Below are positions 10,821-21,148 of a DNA stretch of 64,000 nt, piece after piece. The position numbers and the translations under genes are program-made. The notes under the pieces were generated by a model. It did not search any database. It saw only the letters and a program-made list of their open reading frames with translations, and was not told the origin of the DNA. The DNA is from Rubripirellula sp. (GTDB taxonomy: Bacteria > Planctomycetota > Planctomycetia > Pirellulales > Pirellulaceae). Every line of letters starts with the position of its first letter. The first letter of the stretch is position 1. Location of the stretch: contig OZ244207.1 in NCBI GenBank assembly GCA_965216875.1, positions 2,880,001-2,944,000 on the forward strand, read 5' to 3'.

Positions 10821-10928
10821 CACTCTCCCTTGGGAGAGTCGGGCTCTAAGGCCCGGAGAGGGTTTGTTTTAAAAGGATCATTCCCTCCCCGGACTTTGCG
10901 TCCGACCCTCCCGCAAGCGGGAGGGTGA
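10821..10928. repeat. REP-like palindromic element family B (copy 1)
   Basis: CACTCTCCCTTGGGAGAGTCGGGCTCTAAGGCCCGGAGAGGG...CCCTCCCCGGACTTTGCGTCCGACCCTCCCGCAAGCGGGAGGGTGA; near-identical copy at 27104-27209. Confidence 0.85.
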
Positions 10929-11087
10929 TTGTTGGTACGAAGGCACTTCACATCGTGGCGCCGTAACTCCAATCCGCGACGGCGAGCGTCTTGCCACTCA
11001 CGGTGACACATTCCACCTCGAGGCGGGACTACAAACGCTGCTAGCACTTTTGTCGCATTGCGCCGGTAGATCCATTACGATCTTGCC

Positions 11088-12413
11088 ATGAATTCAAGGT
11101 CGCCATTCCTATTCGTCGCACTCCTTCTCGCCTTCGTTGGTTGCAACGACAACACGCGCGATCACGCTTCATTCCCGCGCCGCCCCATCAAGGTCGTTGT
11201 GCCTTTTTCGGCCGGTGGCGGTAGCGACACCTTTGGTCGAATTGTTCAATCAGCGATCGAAAAACACGACTTGCTTCCGCAACCGATCGTCATGATCAAT
11301 GTTCCGGGCGCAGGCGGAACGATTGGAAGTCGCCGAGTCAAAGAGGCGGTCGCCGACGGCTACACGATTCTGTTGCTCCACGAAGGAATCTTGACCGCGA
11401 AGTTCTCGGGCCAAGCCGCCTATGGACCAGAAGCCTTTTCGTCGATTGCCGGCACCGGTCTTTCTCCACAAGTCATCGCCGTTTCCAAAGACTCCGACTA
11501 CCAAGACCTCAAACAGCTCGTCGAAAACGCCGCCAACGAACCTGATTCGATTGTCTTTTCAGCCAACATTGGCGCGCCGAGCCATTTCGCGGGACTGATG
11601 CTCGAGCAACAAAAAGCGGAAGCGAAGTTCCGCTATGTGCAAACAGGCGGTGGAGCAAAACGCTTTGCAGCGCTCCAAGGTGGTCACGTCGATGTCACTT
11701 CGTTTTCGCTCGCCGAATACACCCAGTTCAAAGCAGCCGGTATCCGCGCGCTCGCGATCCTCAGTCATCAACGCGATGCGAGCTGTCCCGAACTCGCAAC
11801 GGCATCCGAACAAGGCTTTGAAGTCGTCAGCGAGAACATGCAATTCTGGTGGGCACCTGCTGGAACGCCCGACGATCGCATCAAGACACTGGCGACGGCC
11901 ATCGAACAGGCGATGCAAACGCCCGAGGTGAAACGAAAACTAGCGGCCATGCAAATCGCACCGCGTTTTCTTGACGCCACCGCGGTCAACCAAGATATCG
12001 AAGCACGCTCGACTCGACTTTCACAGGTGTCGCTTCGATCCGACCACCAACTGCCAGACCTGCCGAGCATGGTTCTCTGGGCGACGGTTGTCCTCGGAAT
12101 CGTCTGGTTGATCCAGTCGCGGCGTCTCCCCGCAACCGCGCGGGCGACTGAGGCACAGACTGACTGGAGTACCACCTTGCTTGTGATGCTCCTGGTTGGC
12201 TTGTACGTCCTCGCCCTTCAATTCACCGGAATCGGATTTCGAATCGCAACGATCGCGTTTGTCGTCACTTGTGGACTGGCGTTTTATTCGAATCAGCCTC
12301 GGCGCCCGCAATCGTTTCGAAACGCGCTGGCAACATCCGCTGCGGTCAGCTGTGTCGTGGCACTCGGCACCCACTACCTGTTCACCGAGCTCTTGGTGAT
12401 CGACCTGCCATGA
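11088..12413 (+). CDS. tripartite tricarboxylate transporter substrate-binding protein (TctC/Bug) fused to a C-terminal TctB-like membrane domain
   Basis: Lipobox 'FVGC', 'FPRRPIKVVVPFSAGGGSD', 'NVPGAGGTIG', 'ADGYT'; about 4 TM helices at the C-terminus ending 'YLFTELLVIDLP'. Confidence 0.85.
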   Translation: MNSRSPFLFVALLLAFVGCNDNTRDHASFPRRPIKVVVPFSAGGGSDTFGRIVQSAIEKHDLLPQPIVMINVPGAGGTIGSRRVKEAVADGYTILLLHEGILTAKFSGQAAYGPEAFSSIAGTGLSPQVIAVSKDSDYQDLKQLVENAANEPDSIVFSANIGAPSHFAGLMLEQQKAEAKFRYVQTGGGAKRFAALQGGHVDVTSFSLAEYTQFKAAGIRALAILSHQRDASCPELATASEQGFEVVSENMQFWWAPAGTPDDRIKTLATAIEQAMQTPEVKRKLAAMQIAPRFLDATAVNQDIEARSTRLSQVSLRSDHQLPDLPSMVLWATVVLGIVWLIQSRRLPATARATEAQTDWSTTLLVMLLVGLYVLALQFTGIGFRIATIAFVVTCGLAFYSNQPRRPQSFRNALATSAAVSCVVALGTHYLFTELLVIDLP

Positions 12414-12417
12414 TGCG

Positions 12418-12506
12418 TCCGCCGTCTTTAGGCGGAATGTGCCGGTTCGTAGTACCGCCTTTAGGCGGAATGCCTCATGATTCCGGCTGAAGCCGGTACT
12501 ACAAAC
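12418..12506. repeat. REP-like GTAG-type palindromes (family C)
   Basis: CCGCCGTCTTTAGGCGG, GTAGTACCGCCTTTAGGCGG...CCGGCTGAAGCCGGTACTAC between convergent genes; related half-copy at ~11011-11038. Confidence 0.75.
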
Positions 12507-12529
12507 GGATTGAATTCGGTAGGACGTAC

Positions 12530-13354
12530 TTAGGCAGCCTTTGGAATGCCGTGTTCTGTTCGCGTGCGGCTCATCCGCAACGTGGTGTCACGAATGTCTC
12601 GATTACGTTGCAGGTCTTCGTCGTTGACATAACCGCGTGCATGATCGAGGTGCAAACAGAGCGACTGAAAACGAATGTGCTTGCCGTGAATGCCTGCGTT
12701 CTCGAGACGCTCGCCAAGTTCACGGTCCTCGCCACCATAACGCATTCGCTCGTCAAAACCGCCCGCGCTCACGATATCGTCAGTCCAACCGGACGCGTTG
12801 TGCCCGTTCCACGTGGCGCGTGTGGTTGTTAGTCGGTTGAGGAACTCGGCGACCGCTCCGCGCGCCTTCAAACGCAAGACGCGACGACCATGCTTCATCC
12901 CTTGGCTGCTTAGCCAATTGGCCGAAAAGGCACGGCCACTTTGAATGTCGTCAACCGTGATTTGCTGCGAGATGGACATCGGCAACTTGTAGTAGCCACC
13001 CGATAGAAAACGCTCGAACCTTGCCACGCGATGATGCTGCTCAAGAAAATCAGCACGCGGGATGCAATCACCATCGGAAAAGACCATGTAGTCGCCTGCG
13101 GCCTGCAAAATCGCCTTGTTCATGATGACGCATTTGCGAAAGCCGTCGTCTTCGTGCCAAACGTGCTTGATAGCCAATCCCGTTTCGCGACGCACCGAAT
13201 CGATCATCGCGGCCGTCTCGCTTGACGAACCGTCGTCGGCAATCAAGATCTCAAAATCGCGGAACGATTGCCCGGCGTATCCCCACAACGACTTTTCTAA
13301 CCACTCGGGTGCATTGTAGGTCGAGAGCACGACGCTGATGAATTTCGGTTGCAT
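12530..13354 (-). CDS. glycosyltransferase family 2
   Basis: 'ISVVLSTYN', 'EILIADDGS', 'FSDGDC', 'GFDE..YGGEDRE'; ATG at 13354 preferred (ORF track 13429). Confidence 0.92.
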   Translation of the reverse strand: MQPKFISVVLSTYNAPEWLEKSLWGYAGQSFRDFEILIADDGSSSETAAMIDSVRRETGLAIKHVWHEDDGFRKCVIMNKAILQAAGDYMVFSDGDCIPRADFLEQHHRVARFERFLSGGYYKLPMSISQQITVDDIQSGRAFSANWLSSQGMKHGRRVLRLKARGAVAEFLNRLTTTRATWNGHNASGWTDDIVSAGGFDERMRYGGEDRELGERLENAGIHGKHIRFQSLCLHLDHARGYVNDEDLQRNRDIRDTTLRMSRTRTEHGIPKAA

Positions 13355-13398
13355 GAGACAAATCCTTTTGTCGGTCTGTCCGTTGATGCGGCCAAGGT

Positions 13399-14505
13399 TT
13401 AGGCGGCCGCCCGCTTCGGTTGACTCCAAAGCGTGTTGGCATCAAACATGTTTTGATCGTGAAAGGGCATACTGATTTGACGTGACTGGCATTCCAATTG
13501 CCCGTCGCGCAAGTCGGCCAAGAATTGTTCGCCACGAAGGTAATCGTCGTAGAACTTTGCAGCACCAAACCGCATCGTCTCGATTTGGCCAGGCGTCAAT
13601 GACTCGATTCGCTTGATCGCATTGATCAAACCAATGGCCCCTCGGAAGGTGATCGCATTGATTCCGTCGACCAACCCCGGTGTCAATCGATCGCCATACT
13701 CAATCAACGGGATCGTACCAACGCTCATTGCTTCGACCAAGTTATGGCAAACCGGTTGGCTTGAACCGGGACAGCAGACAAAAAACTGCGACTCGGCAAT
13801 CGCATCGAGCCAACGTGATGCGGCGATCGAAGCCACCCGACTGTCGGCGAGGACGATCGAACGCTCGGAAGCCACTTTGGGATCGCTGACAACACGACTC
13901 GCATAGGTTTCTTTGAGCGTCGACAGAACATCAAGGCGACTGAGCACGCCAAAGTTGCGGTGCATCTTGTCGTCGCCATATTTTGTCTTTTGGTTTCCTG
14001 CAAAGAACATGCGGAACTTGCGGCGTGAATTCCTAAGTCGTTGAAGGTTTTCGCGGGTCGCGTGCCGCAGTGTTGCCGGGTGCATCGGGTACGGCATCAC
14101 CGGCGACATCGCGACCGTGTCGCGGCCGATCAACATGCGATACCGATATTCGTTCAGTGCGGGCGCGTCATCGTCGCAAAGAACGAGTGCATTGCCCGGT
14201 AGCGGCTGATCGCTAGGAACCCATCGTGCGTACGGCGCTTCCAACATCTCGCGGCCGTGCTGCTTTCGCGCGATGCAGGCCAGCATCATCTTGTTACATC
14301 GCACGAAGAAGGGCGAACCGGCCGCCTGGCTATAAAAGGCCAGCGACGCAAAATGTCTGCCACAGTCAAACAAGAGCTTCGGTGTCTTCAGATCAAGGAC
14401 GATCGGCCTCTCACTGAACGAATGCAACGGAGTACGAGCGGTCGCCAAACGCTTGCGTGCACGCTTGATGTCGACAGGAAACCGTACCAGCGATTTGAGT
14501 TGCAT
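13399..14505 (-). CDS. putative glycosyltransferase with exostosin (GT47)-like C-terminal motif
   Basis: 'FFAGN', 'IAESQFFVCCPG...HNLVEAMSVGTIPLI'; upstream of the GT2 gene; ATG at 14505 preferred. Confidence 0.6.
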   Translation of the reverse strand: MQLKSLVRFPVDIKRARKRLATARTPLHSFSERPIVLDLKTPKLLFDCGRHFASLAFYSQAAGSPFFVRCNKMMLACIARKQHGREMLEAPYARWVPSDQPLPGNALVLCDDDAPALNEYRYRMLIGRDTVAMSPVMPYPMHPATLRHATRENLQRLRNSRRKFRMFFAGNQKTKYGDDKMHRNFGVLSRLDVLSTLKETYASRVVSDPKVASERSIVLADSRVASIAASRWLDAIAESQFFVCCPGSSQPVCHNLVEAMSVGTIPLIEYGDRLTPGLVDGINAITFRGAIGLINAIKRIESLTPGQIETMRFGAAKFYDDYLRGEQFLADLRDGQLECQSRQISMPFHDQNMFDANTLWSQPKRAAA

Positions 14506-14822
14506 GGGAAAGGAAGGCAACCGAGCGAAGGGGAGGGTAAACAGGCGGATATTCCTGCAAACGCCCAATTGATGTCAACCTCAACCCGCATGGCCCGGTC
14601 GCGTCAGTAGCGGCGAGCGTTTCCGTTCCAGATGTAAGGGTCGTTCCGATCAGGCTAATGCTAGCACCTGAGGAAGATCGCAATGTTTTGCTGATTTCGT
14701 TTGCGTGCAACTAACTGAGGTCAATACTTCTCTAGCGATTTGCGCAATCCGTGCAGGTCGCCTGTCACGGGGTGTCGGCCGAGTGCATATCGGCTGACTC
14801 AATACATTCAAAGGGACTTCCG

Positions 14823-15392
14823 ATGAAGACGCTGCGTTTCACCTTTGCGGCATTGGCAACGATTTTTGCTCTCGAGTTTGCTTCGACTGCCAGTGCATTC
14901 ATGCCAACCGATGAATCGGTTCCGGCGGAAGGTGTCGAAACCGACCTGCAAAAGATGGTCAAAGCGTTTCAAGAAGAAATCGACGCAGGCGAAACGAGCT
15001 GTGAAGACATGCTCGCCAAGCTCGACAAGGCGATCGATGACATCGACCTGAAACTCGATGCGGGTGCGGAAAACGAGGAAGAACTGCTTGTTGTTCGCGA
15101 CCAAATCTCGAAGATGCGGTACAACCTCAACTGTTTCGCTCAAACGCTCACACAATCCGTCTCTGGCGGTTTGGGTAACCTGGGCGCAGCCGGTGGCGGC
15201 GGTGCAGGTGGCGGCGTTCTTGGCGGACCTGTCTCCAATGTCGGCAGCCTGTCGGGACAGATCGGTGGCACGGCCGTCGGTGGCAGCGCCCTGAGCGGAC
15301 TCGTTCCACTCGGAGTCATCGCGGGCGTTGCAATCCCAGCCGCAACAAGCAGCAGCAGCAACCCAGGCACACCCGCTTCGCCATCGAACTAG
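14823..15392 (+). CDS. secreted hypothetical protein with Gly-rich linker and hydrophobic C-terminal segment
   Basis: Signal peptide MKTLRFTFAALATIFALEFASTASA, acidic helical core with two Cys, poly-Gly, then 'LVPLGVIAGVAIPAA' and Ser/Pro tail. Confidence 0.75.
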   Translation: MKTLRFTFAALATIFALEFASTASAFMPTDESVPAEGVETDLQKMVKAFQEEIDAGETSCEDMLAKLDKAIDDIDLKLDAGAENEEELLVVRDQISKMRYNLNCFAQTLTQSVSGGLGNLGAAGGGGAGGGVLGGPVSNVGSLSGQIGGTAVGGSALSGLVPLGVIAGVAIPAATSSSSNPGTPASPSN

Positions 15393-15437
15393 ATGCGATG
15401 GAGCGGCCTTTGGCTCCTATGCTGTGATTTCTTGAAT

Positions 15438-15499
15438 GTCGCCTTTCGCTCCGCGAAAGCAGCGTCGACAAGCGCAACTTTTGCGGAGCAAAAGGCGAC
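15438..15499. repeat. REP-like palindrome family A
   Basis: GTCGCCTTTCGCTCCGCGAAAG...CTTTTGCGGAGCAAAAGGCGAC; further copies at ~35836-35897 and ~35981-36042, and a half copy at ~148-170. Confidence 0.85.
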
Positions 15500-15635
15500 T
15501 ATGCAATGAGCCGAACGCGCTAGAAACCACCTTCTGTCGAAGGTAACGCCGAGCCCTCAGCACCGACGAAGTCAACATAGGCTTGGCGACGACTTTTTCG
15601 TAAAACAGTGCGTTTGACGGATCATTCTTCGCACT

Positions 15636-18257
15636 TTGGTGGCAATGGTGGAACCATTCGCAGCACAACAGCCGGCAGTCACGCGACCAGAACAGCTCGC
15701 TGGGAGTCTGGCGCGCGCGTTGACACTCTTTGCGTTGGTTTACGCAACCTGGCATTTTGGGGCCGCTCACGCGACGGCGCTGAAACACCTCTCGGCAATG
15801 CTCGCCGTCAGCGGAGTGCTGACCATCTTCGCGCGACGATCGCTCACCCCGACAAACTATCGACTGCCGGTAAGTCTGTTTGCGCTGTGCTTCTTGTGGC
15901 TTGGCTACGCGGCACTCCAGCACAGTGTGATCGCAGGGAAGCTGCCATGGTTCTTTCAAAGCGTTGCCGAGACACGCGCTGAGTTCGCGGATCCAGCTGT
16001 TGCGTCGCTTGGTGATGCCGCCCAACGACTTGGGCATCATTCAACGTTCGAACCAACAACGCGGGCCACGCTCATGCCCGAGGAAACCAGGCAGGCTGCC
16101 GTTCCATTCATGCTCGCAACGGTCATTGCCATCCTCGCGTCGATCCAATTTGGGTCACGCCGCTGGCGCAATGCGTTGTTGTATGTGGTCATCGCCAATG
16201 CGGCAGCGCTGTCCTTCTGGGGCATCATCCAGACTGCCGGCGGCAAGGTGATGATCCTTCCGGGGATCGAAAACACATTCGCCAATAAAACGCCGTTTGC
16301 GAGTTTTATCTACAAGAATGCGGGCGCGGCCGCGATCCTTCCCCCACTCTTCGCCTCTCTGGCCATCCTTTATTACCGACGACCGAGCGACAACGATACC
16401 AAATGGGCGCGGCGCGACTGGAGCTGGATGATGAAGCCCAGCAACCTTGCGTTGGGCTTTGTCGCCGCCTTGATCCTTGCCGGATTGGCAACCTCGCTGT
16501 CACGCGGTGCTTGGATCGCTGCACTACTTGCGCTCGCTTTGGTCGCATTGCGTTCTGGCATCAAGGTGAACAAGCCCGTTGCAATCGCCGGCGCCGCGTT
16601 GGCATCGATCGTCTTCGCCGTGATCGCTGTGACCGGTGTCGGCGGCGACGTAAAAGGACGCGCCGATCAACTCTCGGTCAGCTCCATTGCAGGTGATAGC
16701 CGCTGGTCACACTGGCAGGAAGGATTTGCAACAGCGATCGCCCATTTGCCCTCGGGCAGCGGGCTTGGAACCTATGGCTACGCGACACTGCCACATCAAA
16801 CGCAAACGCATCGAAGTTGGTTTCGCGAAGCCCACAATCAATACCTGGAAGTCCTCACCGAATCGGGAATCATTGGTTTGGCCCTGATGGCTCTACTCTT
16901 GGTTGGCTTCGCGCGCGTCGCCTGGCAATTGACCGATCGCGGCCTACGTCGCGAATCACGAGCTTGGGGGCTGCTAGGCCTGAGCCTGTTGGTTTGCGGT
17001 GCGTTTCAAAGTCTCTTTGACTTCGTGTTGGTGATCCCGGCCAACATGATGCTCTATGCAGCACTGTCCGCAACGGTGTTTGTTCTCGCCACCAAACACG
17101 GCATCCGCCTGCCGCAGCCGAAAGCAGTTCCGGAGTGGCTCGGTCGATCCGTTCCCGCCTGGGGCATCGTGGCGTTGGTCTTGGCGGGTTTCAGCTTCCA
17201 CGCCTCCTCCGACCAGGTTCAATCGGATCGGGCTCTGCGACTTGCTGACACCTCACTCCTCTCGGCACAACCCTCCGAGGAACAAGTCGCTTCACAACTT
17301 GAGATCATCAGCCAGGCGATTGCGAACCAGCCGAACAACGCTGACCTTTATGCCACACGAGCTCATTGGAGACTCGCCCATTATCGCGCACTCGTGCTCA
17401 GCGACAGTCAGGCTCAACAATCGGGAATCGGGTGGAACGAAACCAAGATCGAGAACATCTTTGCCATCCTTAGCCAACAAGACGAAGCGTCGGCCGATGA
17501 ACTACGCGCCGCACTGCTTCGATCGGCTGAGATGCGTGATCATGTTGCACTCGCTTGCGAAGATTTGCGTCGGTCGATTTCGCTCCAGCCGCTGACCCCA
17601 CAACCCCACCTTTCGGCATGCGGACTCGCCGCATTGACCGAGATGCCGATCGAGCCCTGGCTAGCCTCCTCCTCAAGGCTATCCAACAACAGCTCCATGT
17701 TGCTGTACCTCAGCGGTTGGCTGGCGTTCGTTTCCAATCATGACGAGATCGCGATCGACCAATGGCGCAAGTCACTTTCGATTGACCATTTGCACCTCGG
17801 CGACATCATGGTCCTTTCCGAGTCTCGGTTTGCCCCCATTGATATTGCCGAAAACCTCGTTCCTGCCGACCGGCCAGAGCTTTATTTAGAGCTTGTCCAG
17901 GACAACAACCAATTTCAAACGGGCCATTCGGATCCCACATTGGTTGCGACGATCAAGCATCAGATTCATCAAAGCCGATCGCTCGATCCAGGGCGTGCCT
18001 TTTCAACGCTCGCGCGGCTCGAACAATTGCTGGGCAACGATTCCGCAGCGGCTGAGCAGTGGAAATTGGCGCTCCAGCAGCGAAGTCGCGATGCCGGATA
18101 TCGCCTCGAATACTCGCGTTCGCTCCATCGCCTTGGAAAGAATGACGAAGCACTCAGGCAAGCTGTCTTGGGGCAAACCCTCAATCCGATCGACAAACGC
18201 TTCGAACGACTCGCTGCTGAGATTCGCAGCGAAATCCGAGAACAAACGCGCCGCTAA
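15636..18257 (+). CDS. O-antigen ligase (Wzy_C) family membrane protein with C-terminal TPR-like region
   Basis: Multi-TM N-half, 'SLSRGAW', 'GSGLGTY', 'EAHNQYLEVLTESGIIG'; helical TPR-like C-half. Confidence 0.88.
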   Translation: MVAMVEPFAAQQPAVTRPEQLAGSLARALTLFALVYATWHFGAAHATALKHLSAMLAVSGVLTIFARRSLTPTNYRLPVSLFALCFLWLGYAALQHSVIAGKLPWFFQSVAETRAEFADPAVASLGDAAQRLGHHSTFEPTTRATLMPEETRQAAVPFMLATVIAILASIQFGSRRWRNALLYVVIANAAALSFWGIIQTAGGKVMILPGIENTFANKTPFASFIYKNAGAAAILPPLFASLAILYYRRPSDNDTKWARRDWSWMMKPSNLALGFVAALILAGLATSLSRGAWIAALLALALVALRSGIKVNKPVAIAGAALASIVFAVIAVTGVGGDVKGRADQLSVSSIAGDSRWSHWQEGFATAIAHLPSGSGLGTYGYATLPHQTQTHRSWFREAHNQYLEVLTESGIIGLALMALLLVGFARVAWQLTDRGLRRESRAWGLLGLSLLVCGAFQSLFDFVLVIPANMMLYAALSATVFVLATKHGIRLPQPKAVPEWLGRSVPAWGIVALVLAGFSFHASSDQVQSDRALRLADTSLLSAQPSEEQVASQLEIISQAIANQPNNADLYATRAHWRLAHYRALVLSDSQAQQSGIGWNETKIENIFAILSQQDEASADELRAALLRSAEMRDHVALACEDLRRSISLQPLTPQPHLSACGLAALTEMPIEPWLASSSRLSNNSSMLLYLSGWLAFVSNHDEIAIDQWRKSLSIDHLHLGDIMVLSESRFAPIDIAENLVPADRPELYLELVQDNNQFQTGHSDPTLVATIKHQIHQSRSLDPGRAFSTLARLEQLLGNDSAAAEQWKLALQQRSRDAGYRLEYSRSLHRLGKNDEALRQAVLGQTLNPIDKRFERLAAEIRSEIREQTRR

Positions 18258-18509
18258 GTTGCGATTCGGTAGCGTCACTCTGAGCCGTTATCGCATGCCT
18301 TGACCGCGACATGCCGAATCCGTTGCACAACCGGCACGCTTGATACGATCGCGTTCTCTTCGTCTTTCGTTTTTCTTTCGCTCGCTTGAGTCGATACCAA
18401 CCTAGGTACGCACGAAATCCGTCGCACGGGTTCTCCCTGGCCTCCGGTTCCCACTGGCCGCCAGCTCCCCCTAGCCCCGACGCGTTTTTCCCAATCCTAG
18501 GTTCACACA

Positions 18510-20978
18510 ATGGCATCGGCGGACGAATCAACCAACCAACGAGCAATCGAAATCGATGTGCTCGTCATGCTGCGCAAACGTTGGACACACATCGTTTTTG
18601 GCGTTGTCGTTGGCATCTCACTCGCAGCGCTCTACCACTTCTCGGCGACTCCCGTCTATGAGTCCAACATCGAGATCCTGGTCGGACAGCGCAGCAGCGA
18701 GGTCACCAATAGTGGAACGATCACCGGCGCCAACGCGAGTGGCGACGCAATCCACGAAGACCAGCTTGCCACCCACATGCGTCTGTTCGTCGGCCGCAAA
18801 ATGCTTGCTGACGCCATTGAAACCGGTGGATTGCAAACACTTGCCTCCTTCAAGCAGGCTTCGGCCGAAGGCAAGAGCTTGGTCGATCACATCCTCGACA
18901 ACATCGAAGTCGAGCGCGGAGGCGAAGGCAACGCCAGCGAAGCGATGGTGCTGCGAGCCAGCTTCCGCGACACCAACCCCGACGACGCAGCTGTTGTGCT
19001 TGGCGCGATCTACGAAAGCTACCGCACCTATGTGGAATCGCATGGCCAAAACTCGACCGAAGAAGCGGTCAAGTTGATCGAAGAGGCGCGTGAGAAACAT
19101 GAAGCGGAATTGGTTGCTGCCGATCAAGAATACCGAAATTTCATTCACTCGGTACCTGTTTTGATCGAGGGCGAAAACGTCAAGGACATCCACAAGGAAC
19201 GGCTTGCCAACCTCGAACCCGAACTCAACCTCGTTCGCACGTCGCTTACTGAAGCAACCTCGCGATTGGAGGTGATCGACACCTATCTGAAAGAGCACGC
19301 TGCCACGATCGGCGACGTCGACCACTTGGCTTTGCTGAGCCAAAAAGAAGTGGAACGCTTGAAATTGTTTCTCGAAATGACTCGGGGCGAAGCGAGCTCG
19401 GAAGCCTTTCAAGCCGAACAACCGATTCGCCAAGAAGTGGCCAAAGCCCAGTACAACCGATTGTTGGACCTTGTTCAGAAAGAAAAATCCTTCAGCGACG
19501 CGTTTGGCCCCGGGCACCCGTTGGTGGAAGCGGTTCGACAAGAAGCGGAAATCACGCGTCAGTTCATTCAGGCCAATTCGCCTGACCGCGCTGCCAAACC
19601 AAGTCGTAAGCTCGACCCCGCCGAGATGCTCAAGACCTACACGATGTTGCTTCGAAACGACATCGCGGAGTTCGAAAAACGCAAAACGCTGTTGCTCGAA
19701 GAATCGGCTCGTGAACTCAAGCTCGCCAAAGCTGTGGAACGCGACTTCATGATGGGCAACGCACTTCGCTCGAAACTGTCCCGCGCCCAAGCTCGTTACG
19801 ACCAGGTCATCCTGCGTCTACAAGAACTCAAACTCTCGCGTTCCTACGCCGGGTTCTCAACCGATGTGCTGGCCAATCCCGAATCCTCAGAAAAAGCAGC
19901 CTGGCCGAACCTGCCGATCGTCGGGCTGATTGGAACCTGCTTCGGGTTCGGACTTGGATTGATGCTCGCCCTCGGCGCCGAACTGGTCGATTCAACATTC
20001 AACAATGTCCAAGACCTCGAACATGCCGTTGGCGCCCCTGCGATCGCACACGTGCCGAGATTTGATCGTCGTGAATTGGTCGATGCGATGGAGCTTGAAT
20101 CCAACTTGGATGGCTCGCTGGTCGCCTTCCACTCACCACGTTCGGCCGAATCGGAAGTGTACCGGGTCGCACGCACCTCGCTGATGATCGCCAATCGCAA
20201 GGGATCGATGCAGACCGTAATGATGACCAGCCCGCAACCTGGCGACGGCAAATCGACCACGATCAGCAACCTGGCGATCTCGCTTGCCCGAGCTGGCAAA
20301 CGTGTCCTATTGATCGACGCCGATATGCGACGTCCAGTGATTTCAAAGCTGTTCGGCCTTGAAGACCATGGCGGACTATCGGACGTGCTCTTCGGAGAAA
20401 TCTCCTTGGCTCAAGGCACGGTCACCACCGAAGTCGAAGGGCTGCACGTGATGCCCAACGGCTTGCCGACATCCGTTCCAGCGGAACTGCTCGAATCGCA
20501 TCGCCTGCCCGCTTTGCTCAAGCAAGCCAAGCAACACTACGACATGGTGCTGATTGACGCGCCACCACTGTTGGCCGTTGCCGACCCGGCCATCATCGCA
20601 CCCATGGTCGACTCCGTCGTGTTGACCGTCCGGGTCAACAAGAACGGTCGTCGCCCGGTCGAGCATGCGGCGCGAATCCTGGCCGACATCGATGTGCAAC
20701 CTACGGCCGTCATCGTCAACGCTGTCGAAACAGACAAAAAGCGTGGTTACGGCTACGGTTCCTATTCGCAAGGCCAATACGCCTACGTCGGTCATTACCA
20801 CGATCGTTATTCGGCGCGAGATGGACAACCTCGTGATCTTGAGATCGATCGCAAGAGACGATCGATGCCGGCGCCACACCATTCGCGTGACCGCCGCCCA
20901 CTCCAAGAAAACACTCCACTGATTCCACCAACGAGCGGGCACGACACGATCGATCCCTCGTCACCCATGATTCACTGA
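18510..20978 (+). CDS. wzc: polysaccharide co-polymerase / tyrosine autokinase (Wzc family)
   Basis: Wzz-like N-terminal TM, coiled periplasmic region, second TM, Walker A 'SPQPGDGKST', 'IDADMRRP', 'LIDAPP', Tyr cluster 'GYGYGSYSQGQYAY'. Confidence 0.9.
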   Translation: MASADESTNQRAIEIDVLVMLRKRWTHIVFGVVVGISLAALYHFSATPVYESNIEILVGQRSSEVTNSGTITGANASGDAIHEDQLATHMRLFVGRKMLADAIETGGLQTLASFKQASAEGKSLVDHILDNIEVERGGEGNASEAMVLRASFRDTNPDDAAVVLGAIYESYRTYVESHGQNSTEEAVKLIEEAREKHEAELVAADQEYRNFIHSVPVLIEGENVKDIHKERLANLEPELNLVRTSLTEATSRLEVIDTYLKEHAATIGDVDHLALLSQKEVERLKLFLEMTRGEASSEAFQAEQPIRQEVAKAQYNRLLDLVQKEKSFSDAFGPGHPLVEAVRQEAEITRQFIQANSPDRAAKPSRKLDPAEMLKTYTMLLRNDIAEFEKRKTLLLEESARELKLAKAVERDFMMGNALRSKLSRAQARYDQVILRLQELKLSRSYAGFSTDVLANPESSEKAAWPNLPIVGLIGTCFGFGLGLMLALGAELVDSTFNNVQDLEHAVGAPAIAHVPRFDRRELVDAMELESNLDGSLVAFHSPRSAESEVYRVARTSLMIANRKGSMQTVMMTSPQPGDGKSTTISNLAISLARAGKRVLLIDADMRRPVISKLFGLEDHGGLSDVLFGEISLAQGTVTTEVEGLHVMPNGLPTSVPAELLESHRLPALLKQAKQHYDMVLIDAPPLLAVADPAIIAPMVDSVVLTVRVNKNGRRPVEHAARILADIDVQPTAVIVNAVETDKKRGYGYGSYSQGQYAYVGHYHDRYSARDGQPRDLEIDRKRRSMPAPHHSRDRRPLQENTPLIPPTSGHDTIDPSSPMIH

Positions 20979-21148
20979 CCCAGCACCACAGGAAGAGAAA
21001 CCGAACGGGGCCAAAACGAACGCAGCACATCGCGTCGACGGATGCGAGCGAGTTCCAGAGGCAGGCGTCTCCCCGCCTGATTCTCTGGCCCCATTTGGCG
21101 CCACGCCCGAAAAATTGCTCAAACCCTCCCTCCCAGGGCAAACCATCC

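Noticed and set aside
18266..18277. ops/JUMPstart-like element (TCGGTAGCGTC) upstream of wzc
   Set aside because: Only a partial match to GGCGGTAGnnT, and no RfaH/UpxY-like gene is in the window
18618..19790. Long antisense and alternative-frame ORFs (e.g. 18618-19790, 6492-7349, 37572-38492, 52226-53140, 54902-55831)
   Set aside because: Shadows of well-supported genes in GC-rich DNA, with no recognisable motifs
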